Counted from the stretch's first letter, positions 11,988-22,622 are shown. The stretch is 64,000 bases of DNA from an uncultured Arcobacter sp. (GCA_965140705.1 OZ223300.1:736001-800000), one strand, 5' to 3'. Program-made: numbers and translations. The notes: generated by a model from the sequence alone, not told the origin.

Positions 11988-12090
11988 AGTAACTCCTTGA
12001 AATAAAAAAGAATTGTATCAAAAAATGCTAAAAGTAATATATCATCTATTTTTTTGTACAATATCACTTTAAAATTAAAAAGGCTAATTT

Positions 12091-13890
12091 ATGTGTGGAA
12101 TTGTTGGTTACATTGGAAATAAAAAAACAGAAGATATTTTACTAGATGGCTTAAAAGAGCTTGAATACAGAGGTTATGATAGTGCAGGAATTGCTCTATT
12201 AAATAATGATAAAATAGAAGTATTTAAAGCCCTAGGAAAGTTAAAGAATCTAGAACAAAAAGTAAAAACAAATCACACTTACCATTTAGGGATTGGACAT
12301 ACTAGATGGGCAACACACGGAAAACCAACAGAATTAAATGCACATCCCCACTTAGGAGAATACTCTTATGTTGTACACAATGGTATTATTGAAAATTATA
12401 AAGAGTTAAAAGAAGAATTACAAGCTGCTGGTCATAAGTTTGTATCTCAAACTGATACAGAAGTAATTGTTCACTTATTTGAATTTTATAATAACAAATT
12501 AAATGATTGTAAAACTTCTTTTCAAAATACTATAAAAAGATTAGAAGGTGCCTTTTCTATACTTTTGATATCTAAATCTTGCCCAAATGATATATACTTT
12601 TTTAAACATGGTTCACCTTTAATTATAGCGCGTGGAAATGAGAAAGATGAAGTTTTATTCGCTTCTTCAGATGCACCATTAATAGGACTTGCAAATGAAG
12701 TTGTATATCTAGAAGATGGTTGTGGAGGAGTAGCAAGTGCCAAACGAATAGAATTTTTTGATGAACAAAGAATTTCTTGGGGAGTATTACCTACTTCAAA
12801 ACAATTTGCACAAAAAGATGGATATAGATTTTTTATGGAAAAAGAGATTCATGAACAATGTGTAGTCACAAGTGATGCGATGCTTGGAAGAATGTGTGAT
12901 GAAAAAGTAGATTTTGAAGAGTTTGATTCTTCTATAATTGAAGGAATTGAAGAGATTAAAATTTGTGCTTGTGGTACCTCTTTTCATGCAGGGCTTACAG
13001 CTTCGTATCTTTTTGAAAGGTTAGCAAAAGTTAGATGTAGTGTTGAAATTGCAAGTGAGTTTAGGTATAAAGAGCCTCTATTAAATAAAAATACACTTTT
13101 TATAGTTATCTCTCAAAGTGGTGAAACAGCAGATACTTTAGAAGCCTTAAAAATGGCAAATAAAGAGGGGCTTAAATCAATTGTAGTTTGTAATGTAGAT
13201 AACTCATCTATGACTAGAGTTGCAAATTATTCAGTTCTTACAAGAGCTGGTATTGAGAAAGGAGTTGCTTCAACAAAAGCATTTTCTACTCAAACAGTAG
13301 TTTTATGGATGATGGCACTTTATTTTGCGCAATACAAAAATTCACTTAGTATTGAAGAGATGAATAGTGAATTAAAAGCTTTAAGAGAAGTTCCAAAATC
13401 ACTTAAAGTTCATGATTATACCCATGAAAAAACAAAAAGATTATCAAAAAGATATCTCCATGGACATGGTTTTTTCTTTATCGGGCGTGATGTTTTTTAC
13501 CCTTTGGCTTTAGAAGGTGCATTAAAATTAAAAGAGATTTCATATTTACATGCTGAGGGGTATCCAGCAGGTGAGATGAAACATGGACCAATAGCTTTAG
13601 CTGATCCTGAACTATTTACAATAGCACTTATGCCTCAAAATTTACTTTACGACAAAATTAAATCTAATGTGGAAGAATTAAGTGCAAGGGATAGTACAAT
13701 ATGCGCTATTTCTCCCCTTGATTTTGACTTGGCAGATGATTATATCAAAACAAATAAGTATGAGCATTATATGCTGGAATTTTTTGAGATGTTAGTTGTA
13801 TTACAACTATTTTCAATGGAGATATCTGTAAGACTTGGGAATGATGTAGATATGCCAAGAAACTTAGCTAAGTCTGTAACAGTAGAATAA
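12091..13890 (+). CDS. glmS: Glutamine-fructose-6-phosphate aminotransferase
   Basis: MCGIVG, EYRGYDSAG, PRNLAKSVTVE. Confidence 0.98.
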   Translation: MCGIVGYIGNKKTEDILLDGLKELEYRGYDSAGIALLNNDKIEVFKALGKLKNLEQKVKTNHTYHLGIGHTRWATHGKPTELNAHPHLGEYSYVVHNGIIENYKELKEELQAAGHKFVSQTDTEVIVHLFEFYNNKLNDCKTSFQNTIKRLEGAFSILLISKSCPNDIYFFKHGSPLIIARGNEKDEVLFASSDAPLIGLANEVVYLEDGCGGVASAKRIEFFDEQRISWGVLPTSKQFAQKDGYRFFMEKEIHEQCVVTSDAMLGRMCDEKVDFEEFDSSIIEGIEEIKICACGTSFHAGLTASYLFERLAKVRCSVEIASEFRYKEPLLNKNTLFIVISQSGETADTLEALKMANKEGLKSIVVCNVDNSSMTRVANYSVLTRAGIEKGVASTKAFSTQTVVLWMMALYFAQYKNSLSIEEMNSELKALREVPKSLKVHDYTHEKTKRLSKRYLHGHGFFFIGRDVFYPLALEGALKLKEISYLHAEGYPAGEMKHGPIALADPELFTIALMPQNLLYDKIKSNVEELSARDSTICAISPLDFDLADDYIKTNKYEHYMLEFFEMLVVLQLFSMEISVRLGNDVDMPRNLAKSVTVE

Positions 13891-14020
13891 AAGATTTTTC
13901 TTAAAAATATTAATTATAATATAGTTTAAAGTTATAAAAGTAAATTTTAGATAAAATTCGTAACTTTTTATAAAAGTGTTTAAGCTTTTAATTTTATTTT
14001 TAATTTTAACTTTAATTAGT

Positions 14021-14145
14021 TGGAAAACGAAAATGGAAAACAAAAGAATGGAAAACGATAAAGATAAAATTCTTATCAAAAAATTTGAAAAGCGTTTAAT
14101 TTTATCTTTTGGAAAACAAAGGAATGGAAAACAAAAATGGAAAAC
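14021..14145 (+). repeat. Six TGGAAAAC direct repeats around a 12-bp inverted repeat in the metK leader
   Basis: Copies at 14021, 14034, 14049, 14110, 14125, 14138; AAAGATAAAATT (14060-14071) / AATTTTATCTTT (14098-14109). Confidence 0.85.
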
Positions 14146-15354
14146 AAAACAGAATATTTATTTACTAGTGAAGTAGTAAGTCCAGGGCACCCTGATAAGT
14201 GTGCAGATATTATAGCAGATAGTATAGTTGATAAGTTGATTATCGGAGATAGTAAAAGTAGAGTTGCTTCAGAGGTTTTTGTTGCAGGTAAACATGTTGT
14301 TATTGGTGGAGAAGTTACTTCAGCTACAAATTTATCTGAGCAAGATTATAAAGATTTAGTAATTGATGCTCTAGCAAAAATTGGATATAATGGTCACCCT
14401 CATTTTACAAAAGAGGAGTGTTTACACCCTGATGATGTAAATGTACAAGTTTTATTAAATAGACAATCTCCTGATATTAATCAAGGTGTGGATCAAGAAG
14501 ATGGTGAAACTGGTGCTGGTGATCAAGGAATTATGTTTGGTTATGCAAATAGTGAAACAGCAAACTTTATGCCAAGTGCAATTACATATGCAAGAATGCT
14601 TATGGAAAAAGTTTATGCCTATGCCTTAGCTAATCCAGATGTTTTAGGTGTTGATATTAAAACACAAGTTACAGTTGATTATGAGACAAAAGAGAATTTT
14701 GAAAATTGTTTACCAAAACATATTCATACAATAGTTGTTTCAGCTCCTTGTGTATCTTCTATGAATATAGAAGCAGTAAGAAAATTAATCTTAGGATTAA
14801 TTAAAGAGACAGATTTGCCAAAAGAGTTATTTGATTTAGAAAAAACTATTATTCATATTAATCCAACAGGAAAATATGTATCACACTCTTCTTTGCATGA
14901 TTCAGGATTAACAGGAAGAAAACTTATTGTTGATTCTTTTGGAGGATATGCACCAATTGGTGGTGGAGCACAATCTTCTAAAGATTATACAAAAGTTGAT
15001 AGAAGTGGATTGTATGCAGGTAGATGGATAGCAAAACATATTGTTGCATCTGGAATTGCTAAAAAAGCAATTGTTCAACTATCTTATGCAATTGGTGTTG
15101 CTAAACCAACTTCAATTTCAGTTGATACTTGTGGAACTTGTATTGAGGGATTAAATGATGATATTTTATCTACATTTGTACATGATAGTTTTTCATTAAC
15201 TCCAAATTGGATTACGAAAAAGTTTAATTTGGATAAACCAAGTGCAGATACTTTCCTTTATGCGGATGTAGCAGCACGAGGTCAAGTTGGACAAGAGGAT
15301 TATCCTTGGGAACAACTTGATGAATTAGACAAGTTTATAAGTTTGAAAAAATAG
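14137..15354 (+). CDS. metK: S-adenosylmethionine synthetase
   Basis: FTSE, GHPDK, GAGDQG, GLTGRK, KVDRS. Confidence 0.98.
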   Translation: MENKTEYLFTSEVVSPGHPDKCADIIADSIVDKLIIGDSKSRVASEVFVAGKHVVIGGEVTSATNLSEQDYKDLVIDALAKIGYNGHPHFTKEECLHPDDVNVQVLLNRQSPDINQGVDQEDGETGAGDQGIMFGYANSETANFMPSAITYARMLMEKVYAYALANPDVLGVDIKTQVTVDYETKENFENCLPKHIHTIVVSAPCVSSMNIEAVRKLILGLIKETDLPKELFDLEKTIIHINPTGKYVSHSSLHDSGLTGRKLIVDSFGGYAPIGGGAQSSKDYTKVDRSGLYAGRWIAKHIVASGIAKKAIVQLSYAIGVAKPTSISVDTCGTCIEGLNDDILSTFVHDSFSLTPNWITKKFNLDKPSADTFLYADVAARGQVGQEDYPWEQLDELDKFISLKK

Positions 15355-15373
15355 TTTTTAAGAAGGATATATA

Positions 15374-16243
15374 ATGGATTTGAAGAATTTATTTAATAAA
15401 ATAAAATTTGATAGTAAAAAAGAACAACCAACAAAAAAAGATGCGCCAAGTCATTGGATAAAGTGTCCTGAATGTAGTTCTTTGATGTTTTTTAAGGAAG
15501 TAGAGTCTCAAAACAATATATGTCCTAAATGTAATTTTCATATGAGAATTGGTGCTAAAAGAAGAATCGAAATCATATGTGATGAAAACTCTTTTGTAGA
15601 GTATGATAATGATTTAATTCCAAATGATCCATTAAACTTTGTTGATAGTAAATCTTATAAAAAAAGAGTTGACGAAGCTGTTAAAAAAACAGGAAGAGAC
15701 TCTTCGGTTGTAAGTGGCGAATGTACTATCAACGGTATTGGTGTTCAAATGGCAATTTTTGATTTTGCTTTTATGGGTGGAAGTTTAGGTTCTGTTGAGG
15801 GTGAAAAGATTATTAGATGTGTAAATCGAGCACTAGAGAAGAAACAAGGTGTTATTATTGTTTCAGCATCTGGGGGAGCTAGAATGCAAGAATCAACTTT
15901 TGCTCTTATGCAAATGGCTAAAACTTCTGCAGCATTAAAAAAACTTGATGCTGCTGGACTTCCATATATTTCAGTATTAACTGATCCTACTATGGGTGGA
16001 GTTTCTGCTTCTTTTGCTTTCTTAGGTGATATTATTATGGCAGAACCAGGTGCCTTAGTTGGATTTGCAGGTCAAAGAGTTATTAAACAAACTATTGGAG
16101 CAGATTTACCTGAGGGCTTCCAAAGAGCTGAATTCTTACTTGAAAAAGGTTCAATTGATATGGTTGTTAATAGAGCAGATATGAAAAAAACACTTTCTGA
16201 TTTATTAACAATGTTTTCAAGTAATACTATTCAAGTTAGTTAA
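15374..16243 (+). CDS. accD: Acetyl-CoA carboxylase carboxyltransferase beta subunit
   Basis: Zn finger CPEC...CPKC, FMGGSLG, SGGARMQES. Confidence 0.97.
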   Translation: MDLKNLFNKIKFDSKKEQPTKKDAPSHWIKCPECSSLMFFKEVESQNNICPKCNFHMRIGAKRRIEIICDENSFVEYDNDLIPNDPLNFVDSKSYKKRVDEAVKKTGRDSSVVSGECTINGIGVQMAIFDFAFMGGSLGSVEGEKIIRCVNRALEKKQGVIIVSASGGARMQESTFALMQMAKTSAALKKLDAAGLPYISVLTDPTMGGVSASFAFLGDIIMAEPGALVGFAGQRVIKQTIGADLPEGFQRAEFLLEKGSIDMVVNRADMKKTLSDLLTMFSSNTIQVS

Positions 16244-16854
16244 TGAATAAAAATCGTTTTGAAGAACTTTTAGGATTTAATCCTAAAAGTTCTTCAAATG
16301 AGTTATATGCTTTATGTGACTTCCAAACTCTAAAAAATAAAAATATTTCTTTCGATAAATTCCTAGAACTTTGTGAAAAACTTGATGCAAAAGTTATTCA
16401 ATATAGAGATAAACTTTCAAATATTGAAACAAAAAAAGAAAACCTTCTTTATTTAAAAAGCAAAACAAATATTCCAATTATTATAAATGATGAAATAGAT
16501 TTAGTACAATATTGTGATGGTTTACATTTTGGACAAGAGGATTTTGATAAGATTAATTCAAATAAACAATTAGTTATAAAACTAATAAGAAAAAAGATTG
16601 GAAATAAACTTTTAGGACTCTCTACACACAATGAAAGAGAGATATTAGAAGCAAATAATTTGGATTTGGATATGATAGGACTTGGAGCTTATAGAACAAC
16701 TAAAACAAAAGATGTTAGTGTAATGCTAGGAGATAAGATCTCTTATTTAGCAAAAATTTCAAAACATCCAGTTTGTGCTATTGGTGGTGTAAAGATTGCT
16801 GAACCTATAGCAAATATCTCTTTTAATGTAGTAGGGTCAAGTTTATATGATTAA
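16243..16854 (+). CDS. thiE: Thiamine-phosphate synthase family protein
   Basis: IQYRDK, IIND, GLHFGQED, GLSTH, CAIGG. Confidence 0.8.
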   Translation: MNKNRFEELLGFNPKSSSNELYALCDFQTLKNKNISFDKFLELCEKLDAKVIQYRDKLSNIETKKENLLYLKSKTNIPIIINDEIDLVQYCDGLHFGQEDFDKINSNKQLVIKLIRKKIGNKLLGLSTHNEREILEANNLDLDMIGLGAYRTTKTKDVSVMLGDKISYLAKISKHPVCAIGGVKIAEPIANISFNVVGSSLYD

Positions 16855-17308
16855 AATAAATATCTATCAAATAGCAAAATCTTCAAATGATGAATTTAAT
16901 AAAATTATTGAAGATTTTATCAAAATGTCTTCAAAGTACGCAAAAGTTGAAATATTTAATTTATTTAATAAAAGAATTGCTAAAGCTCAAACTATTTCAG
17001 ATATAGAAGCAAAAAAATCTTATAGTGAAGTTTTTGAACCTTTTTTAAATAATGGGTATAATATAGCATTAGATGTACTTGGAAAAAAAGTTGATAGTTA
17101 TGAATTTGCAAAACTATTAGAAAATAGTGCTGTAATTAATTTCTTTATTGGTGGTGCTTTTGGATTTGAAACAAATTTTTTACATAAATGTGATAAAAAA
17201 ATTAGTTTAAGTGAACTTACTTTTGCTCATAAAATAGCGAATATAGTGTTGCTAGAACAAATTTTTAGAGGACTTTGTATAAATAATAACCATCCCTATC
17301 ATAAATAA
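16847..17308 (+). CDS. rlmH: 23S rRNA pseudouridine-1915 N3-methyltransferase
   Basis: FFIGGAFG, LLEQIFR, C-terminal HPYHK. Confidence 0.95.
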   Translation: MIKINIYQIAKSSNDEFNKIIEDFIKMSSKYAKVEIFNLFNKRIAKAQTISDIEAKKSYSEVFEPFLNNGYNIALDVLGKKVDSYEFAKLLENSAVINFFIGGAFGFETNFLHKCDKKISLSELTFAHKIANIVLLEQIFRGLCINNNHPYHK

Positions 17309-17358
17309 TTTAGAAAATTTTGAGTATAATGTCAAAATTTTTAGATTAAGGGTTAAAA

Positions 17359-17715
17359 GTGGCGAATACAAAACAAATAGATGAGTTAAAAGTTATTTTA
17401 ACAGAAAGAAAAGAATTAATAGAAAAAAATATTCAGGGGAGTAGAGACAGTCTAGATTCTTTAAAAAATTCAGAGTGTAATGATGATTATGATTACGCAG
17501 AGGTTTCAAGTGATTCATTTAAAGAGGGGATAATTGCAAATCAACAATCAAAAGAATTAAGTGAGATTGAAGATGCATTAAAAAGAATAGAAAACAAAAC
17601 TTATGGTATTTGTGAAATGTGTGATGAATCAATTGCAATTGGAAGATTAAGAGCAAAACCATTTGCAAAATTTTGTACACCTTGTAGAGAGATTTATGAG
17701 AGTGAGAATAATTAA
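17359..17715 (+). CDS. dksA: DksA/TraR zinc-finger protein
   Basis: YGICEMC...RLRAKPFAKFCTPC. Confidence 0.9.
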   Translation: MANTKQIDELKVILTERKELIEKNIQGSRDSLDSLKNSECNDDYDYAEVSSDSFKEGIIANQQSKELSEIEDALKRIENKTYGICEMCDESIAIGRLRAKPFAKFCTPCREIYESENN

Positions 17716-17731
17716 ATCTAAAGGATAATTT

Positions 17732-18748
17732 ATGGGACTTAAAAAATATATAGCTTTTTCATTGTTGTTGATAATTGCGGTTTATATATTTGTTTTCAGT
17801 ATACAAACAGGTAATTTTACAATAAGCATTTTAGATTATTCACTTGCTTTACCAATAGCAGTTTGGGTTATATTGCCTCTTGTTGTACTTTTTGTAGCAA
17901 CTATTTTGCATATAGTTTTTTATGGATTTAAAAACTATTTACAAGCAAGTGCTATAAAAAAAGACGAAGAAAATATAATAGAGTTTTTTAAGGATTTATT
18001 ATTAGGAAACAATTCTAATAAAAAGTTTAAGCAAAAAGCATTGAAAGAATTAGCAGATATTTTAGAACAAATGAAATTATCTCCGAAAGTAGAAAATTTT
18101 GAATCTTCAAATAGTGATATTAAGACTATCGTAAATAATATGATTAAAATCAATTCTGGAGAGTATGTTAGTGATAAGTCTTTTAAATTTAACAAAAATG
18201 GACAGATTGCTCAAAAAAATATTTTAAATAAAGTAAAAGAAGATGTTGATTATGCAATTGATGTTTTAAAAAAATCAAAAGATTTTTCAGACAAAATTGT
18301 AAAAGCTGCATTTTTTAATGTAGTAGAAAATAAAAGTATGACTACAATTAAAAAACTTCTTGATGGTCTAAAACTTGATAAAGAGATGGTTTTAGAACTT
18401 ATGAAAAAAGATTCAGAAAATTCTGAATTTGCATTAGACCATGAAGCAATTATTAAATATACAAAAGATGTTGATTTTAATAAAGATGATTATTTGACTT
18501 TTGCTAAACTTTATAAAAAATCTGTTCAACCAGATGAACTTATAAAAATGTTTGAAACAATTTCAAATGACAATGAATTGGCAATGGATGCATATTTGGT
18601 TGTTTTATTTGAATATGAAATGATTGACAAGGTTAGAGAGACTTTAAATGGTTATAAAAAAGAAGAATACCAATCTTTCAGAGCTCTTTTAGATTTAAAA
18701 GATTCAGGTAAATATTATACTTTAGAGAATCTTTGTTATAACAAATAA
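17732..18748 (+). CDS. Hypothetical membrane protein (two N-terminal TM helices, helical soluble domain)
   Basis: 338-aa ORF with RBS inside the dksA-dusB gene string. Confidence 0.75.
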   Translation: MGLKKYIAFSLLLIIAVYIFVFSIQTGNFTISILDYSLALPIAVWVILPLVVLFVATILHIVFYGFKNYLQASAIKKDEENIIEFFKDLLLGNNSNKKFKQKALKELADILEQMKLSPKVENFESSNSDIKTIVNNMIKINSGEYVSDKSFKFNKNGQIAQKNILNKVKEDVDYAIDVLKKSKDFSDKIVKAAFFNVVENKSMTTIKKLLDGLKLDKEMVLELMKKDSENSEFALDHEAIIKYTKDVDFNKDDYLTFAKLYKKSVQPDELIKMFETISNDNELAMDAYLVVLFEYEMIDKVRETLNGYKKEEYQSFRALLDLKDSGKYYTLENLCYNK

Positions 18749-18749
18749 T

Positions 18750-19700
18750 ATGAAAAAACTTGATTTTAGCCAACCCCTAATGGTGTTGGCTCCTCTTGCT
18801 GGATATACAGATTTACCTTTTCGTGCAGTTGTTAAAAAATTTGGTGCAGATTTAACTATTTCTGAGATGATTTCATCAAATGCACTAGTTTATAGTTCTC
18901 AAAAAACTTTTAAAATGATAGAAAAATCTCCTTCAGAAGATCCATATTTTGTACAAATTGCAGGTAATAAAGCAGAACTAGTTCGTGATGCAGTTGAAAT
19001 ACTCAATGATATGGAAGGTATTGATGGTATTGATTTAAATTGTGGTTGTCCAGCACCAAAAGTTTTTAATCATGGAAGTGGTTCTAATCTTTTAGGTGAT
19101 TTGAAAAAATTAGAAGAGATTTTAGGAACTGTAAAAAAATACAATAAAAAACTTTATACAAGTGCAAAAGTGAGAATTGGAGTAAATGAAAAGATTCCAG
19201 TTGATATTGCAAAAGCAGTTGAATCTTGTGGAGTTGATTTTATCTCTGTTCATGGAAGAACAAGAGCTGGGAAATATAAAGCACCAGTTGACTACGATGC
19301 AATTAAAGCGATAAAAGAAGCCGTTTCAATTCCAGTAATTGCAAATGGTGATATAAAAGATTATAAAAAGGCTAAAGAAGTCCTTGCTCATACAAATGCA
19401 GATGGATTAATGATTGGAAGAGGTGCTATTGGTAAACCTTGGATTTTCTATCAATTAAAAAATGAAGTAGAAGATATAAGTGAAGATATAAAAAAGGCTA
19501 TTATTTTAGAGCATTATGATGCAGTGTTAAAGTTTCATGGTGAACATGGTGCCATAATGTTTAGAAAACTACTTCACTCTTATTCTAAAGGCTACAATGG
19601 TGCCTCAGAGTTTAGAGATATTATTAATACTATAAAAGAACCAGATATTATGAGAGATACAATTGAAAGTTTTTTTACAGAAAATGAGTTACAAAATTAA
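18750..19700 (+). CDS. dusB: tRNA-dihydrouridine synthase
   Basis: LAPLAG, IDLNCGCP, VHGRT, ANGDI, MIGRG. Confidence 0.92.
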   Translation: MKKLDFSQPLMVLAPLAGYTDLPFRAVVKKFGADLTISEMISSNALVYSSQKTFKMIEKSPSEDPYFVQIAGNKAELVRDAVEILNDMEGIDGIDLNCGCPAPKVFNHGSGSNLLGDLKKLEEILGTVKKYNKKLYTSAKVRIGVNEKIPVDIAKAVESCGVDFISVHGRTRAGKYKAPVDYDAIKAIKEAVSIPVIANGDIKDYKKAKEVLAHTNADGLMIGRGAIGKPWIFYQLKNEVEDISEDIKKAIILEHYDAVLKFHGEHGAIMFRKLLHSYSKGYNGASEFRDIINTIKEPDIMRDTIESFFTENELQN

Positions 19701-19729
19701 ATTAGATTAAATTTTATAAAGGGCAATGT

Positions 19730-20542
19730 GTGAAAGAAAATTATTATGAGTTAGTTATAAATGTGAAAAGTTCACAAGAGTTGTTCTTAGATTTATTAAC
19801 TCAATTAACTCAAGGTGCAGTTGAAATAGAAGAAAATACACTTATTGCAAGAAGTGAAGAGAGTCTTGAAGATGTGGAACTTGGAATTAAAGAGTTTGCA
19901 AAGGCTTTAGGAGTTGAGTGTAAAACTTCTATAGAAGTGAAAAAAAATGAAGATTGGATAAAAAAGTATCAAGAATCTGTAAAAGCAGTAGAAGTTGGCA
20001 AATTTTTTGTAAGACCATCTTGGATTGAAGCTAAAGATGATAAAATTGATATTATCATAAATCCAGCACTATCATTTGGTTCAGGTCACCATGAAACAAC
20101 AAATAGTTGTTTAGAAGCTATTTCAAAATATATGAAAAGTGAATATGAAGTTCTTGATGTGGGGTGTGGAAGTGGTATTTTATCAATTGCAGCTAGCAAA
20201 TTAGGTGCTAAAGTTGATATTTGCGATACAGATGAAGTCTGTATTGAAAGTTCAAAGTCTAATTTTTTGTTAAATAATGCACATTTCTCACAAGCATGGA
20301 CAGGAAGTGCAATGGCTTCTAATAAGAAGTATGATTTTGTTATTGCAAATATCGTTGCAGATGTTTTAGTAATGATTTCAAAAGAGTTAAAAAAATGCTT
20401 AAAAGAGGGGTCTACCTTAGTATTATCAGGAATATTAGATAATCATTTAAATAAAGTGTTGAAAAAATTTGAAGATTTAGAACAAATTGAGGTAATTCAA
20501 AAAAATGAATGGGTTACCCTTGTATTAAAAAAAGGAGTTTAG
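19730..20542 (+). CDS. prmA: Ribosomal protein L11 methyltransferase
   Basis: PALSFGSGHHETT, DVGCGSGILSI, ANIVA. Confidence 0.95.
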   Translation: MKENYYELVINVKSSQELFLDLLTQLTQGAVEIEENTLIARSEESLEDVELGIKEFAKALGVECKTSIEVKKNEDWIKKYQESVKAVEVGKFFVRPSWIEAKDDKIDIIINPALSFGSGHHETTNSCLEAISKYMKSEYEVLDVGCGSGILSIAASKLGAKVDICDTDEVCIESSKSNFLLNNAHFSQAWTGSAMASNKKYDFVIANIVADVLVMISKELKKCLKEGSTLVLSGILDNHLNKVLKKFEDLEQIEVIQKNEWVTLVLKKGV

Positions 20543-20543
20543 T

Positions 20544-22622
20544 TTGAAGAATAAGAAAAACAATAAACAAGATAAAAACAATAACAACAACAATAATAAT
20601 AACAATAATTTTTTTAGTAATAATCCATTATTAGTTTTTGTTTTATTTTCATTAGTTACAATTATGGCATTTAAGGCCTTGTTTCCAGAAGAACAAGGGG
20701 GAAGTGCAACAAATCAAAATATTCAAGCATTTGGACAAACAAAACATAAGACTATTGCATATTCTGATTTAAAAAATTTAATTAGTAGTGGAAAAATCCA
20801 ATATGTTGGAATTGGAAATACTAATATTAAAGCTGTATCAAAACCAAATGGTGGTGATATTACAACTTATTCTGCAAGAAGAGTAGTTCCAGATAGTACA
20901 TTAATTCCTATGTTAGAAAAAAATAAAATAGATTATGGTGGAGTTAATGAAGAAAATGTTTTAGCAGATATTTTATTTGGTTGGGTTTTACCTATCTTTA
21001 TATTCTTTGCAATTTGGATGTTCCTAGCTAAGAGAATGTCTAAATCAATGGGTGGAGGAAGTGGAGGAATCTTAGGAATAGGATCTTCTAAAAAAATGAT
21101 AAACTCAGAAAAACCAAATGTAAAATTTGAAGATATGGCTGGAAATAAAGAGGCTAAAGAAGAGGTTCAAGAAGTAGTTGATTTCTTAAAAGACCCAGAT
21201 AGATATGTAAAACTTGGAGCTCAGATTCCTAAAGGTGTTTTATTAGTAGGACCTCCAGGTACAGGTAAAACTCTACTTGCAAAAGCAGTAGCAGGTGAAG
21301 CAGATGTTGAATTCTTATCAGTTTCTGGTTCTGCGTTTATTGAGATGTTTGTTGGGGTTGGTGCTTCAAGAGTTAGAGACCTATTTGAACAAGCAAAAAA
21401 AGTTGCACCTGCAATTATTTTTATTGATGAGATTGATGCTATAGGTAAAAGTAGAGCTTCAGGTGGACCAATGGGTGGAAATGATGAAAGAGAACAAACT
21501 CTAAATCAACTTTTAGCGGAAATGGATGGATTTGCTACAGAATCTGCACCTGTTATTGTATTAGCTGCAACAAATAGACCAGAAGTATTAGATCCTGCTC
21601 TTTTAAGACCAGGAAGATTTGATAGACAAGTTTTAGTTGATAAACCTGACTTTGAAGGTAGAAAAGAGATTTTAAATGTACACATTAAAGGTGTAAAAGT
21701 TGGAAAAGATGTTGACTTAGAAGAAGTTGCTCGTATGACAGCTGGACTTGCTGGGGCTGATTTAGCAAATATTATTAATGAAGCAGCACTATTAGCAGGA
21801 AGAGCAAAAAAAGAAGAAGTTACATATACTGATTTTAAAGAAGCAGTTGAAAGACAAATTGCTGGTTTAGAGAAAAAATCAAGAAGAATTTCTCCAAAAG
21901 AGAGAAAAATTGTAGCTTACCATGAATCTGGACATGCTTTAATTGCAGAGATTACAAAAGGTGCTAAAAAAGTAAATAAAGTATCTATTGTTCCTCGTGG
22001 ACTTGCAGCTTTAGGATATACATTAAATAATCCAGAAGAGAATAAATACTTAATGCAAAAACATGAACTAATTGCAGAAGTTGATGTATTATTAGGTGGT
22101 AGAGCAGCAGAAGAGGTATTTATTAAAGAGATTAGTACAGGTGCTGGAAACGACTTAGAAAGAGCAACAGACATAGTTAAATCTATGGCTTCTATTTATG
22201 GTATGAGTGATATTGCTGGATTAATGGTTTTAGAAAAAAGATCAAATCAATTTTTAGGTGGTCAAACACAAAAAGACTTCTCTGATAATATGGCAAAAGA
22301 TCTTGATACTCATATTAAAACTGTATTAAATGAAAGATATGAAATCGTTCTTCAAGCTCTAAGAGACAATAGTAATGCAATTGAAGAGATGACTAAAGAA
22401 TTACTTGAAGTGGAAGTTATCTCAGGTGTAAGAGTAAGAGAAATTATCAAAGCAAACGGTGGAGTTGTTTTTGAAGAAGAGGATTTACATTCTGGAAAAA
22501 TTGAAAACAATGTTGAAGTAGATAAAACAACTGCTGAAACTTCTGAAGATAATAAAGAAGATGAAATGTCTAATAATGACGAAGACTCATCATCTAATAA
22601 AGAAGATAAAAAAGATGATTAA
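20544..22622 (+). CDS. ftsH: ATP-dependent zinc metalloprotease FtsH
   Basis: Two TM helices, GPPGTGKT, FIDEID, RPGRFDR, HESGH. Confidence 0.98.
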   Translation: MKNKKNNKQDKNNNNNNNNNNNFFSNNPLLVFVLFSLVTIMAFKALFPEEQGGSATNQNIQAFGQTKHKTIAYSDLKNLISSGKIQYVGIGNTNIKAVSKPNGGDITTYSARRVVPDSTLIPMLEKNKIDYGGVNEENVLADILFGWVLPIFIFFAIWMFLAKRMSKSMGGGSGGILGIGSSKKMINSEKPNVKFEDMAGNKEAKEEVQEVVDFLKDPDRYVKLGAQIPKGVLLVGPPGTGKTLLAKAVAGEADVEFLSVSGSAFIEMFVGVGASRVRDLFEQAKKVAPAIIFIDEIDAIGKSRASGGPMGGNDEREQTLNQLLAEMDGFATESAPVIVLAATNRPEVLDPALLRPGRFDRQVLVDKPDFEGRKEILNVHIKGVKVGKDVDLEEVARMTAGLAGADLANIINEAALLAGRAKKEEVTYTDFKEAVERQIAGLEKKSRRISPKERKIVAYHESGHALIAEITKGAKKVNKVSIVPRGLAALGYTLNNPEENKYLMQKHELIAEVDVLLGGRAAEEVFIKEISTGAGNDLERATDIVKSMASIYGMSDIAGLMVLEKRSNQFLGGQTQKDFSDNMAKDLDTHIKTVLNERYEIVLQALRDNSNAIEEMTKELLEVEVISGVRVREIIKANGGVVFEEEDLHSGKIENNVEVDKTTAETSEDNKEDEMSNNDEDSSSNKEDKKDD

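Noticed and set aside
11941..12090. glmS ribozyme upstream of glmS
   Set aside because: Short AT-rich divergent promoter region without recognisable ribozyme core
13976..14176. 66-aa ORF as an independent protein gene from GTG 13976
   Set aside because: No clear RBS; sequence is explained by the repeat-rich metK leader; kept only as a possible uORF from 14033
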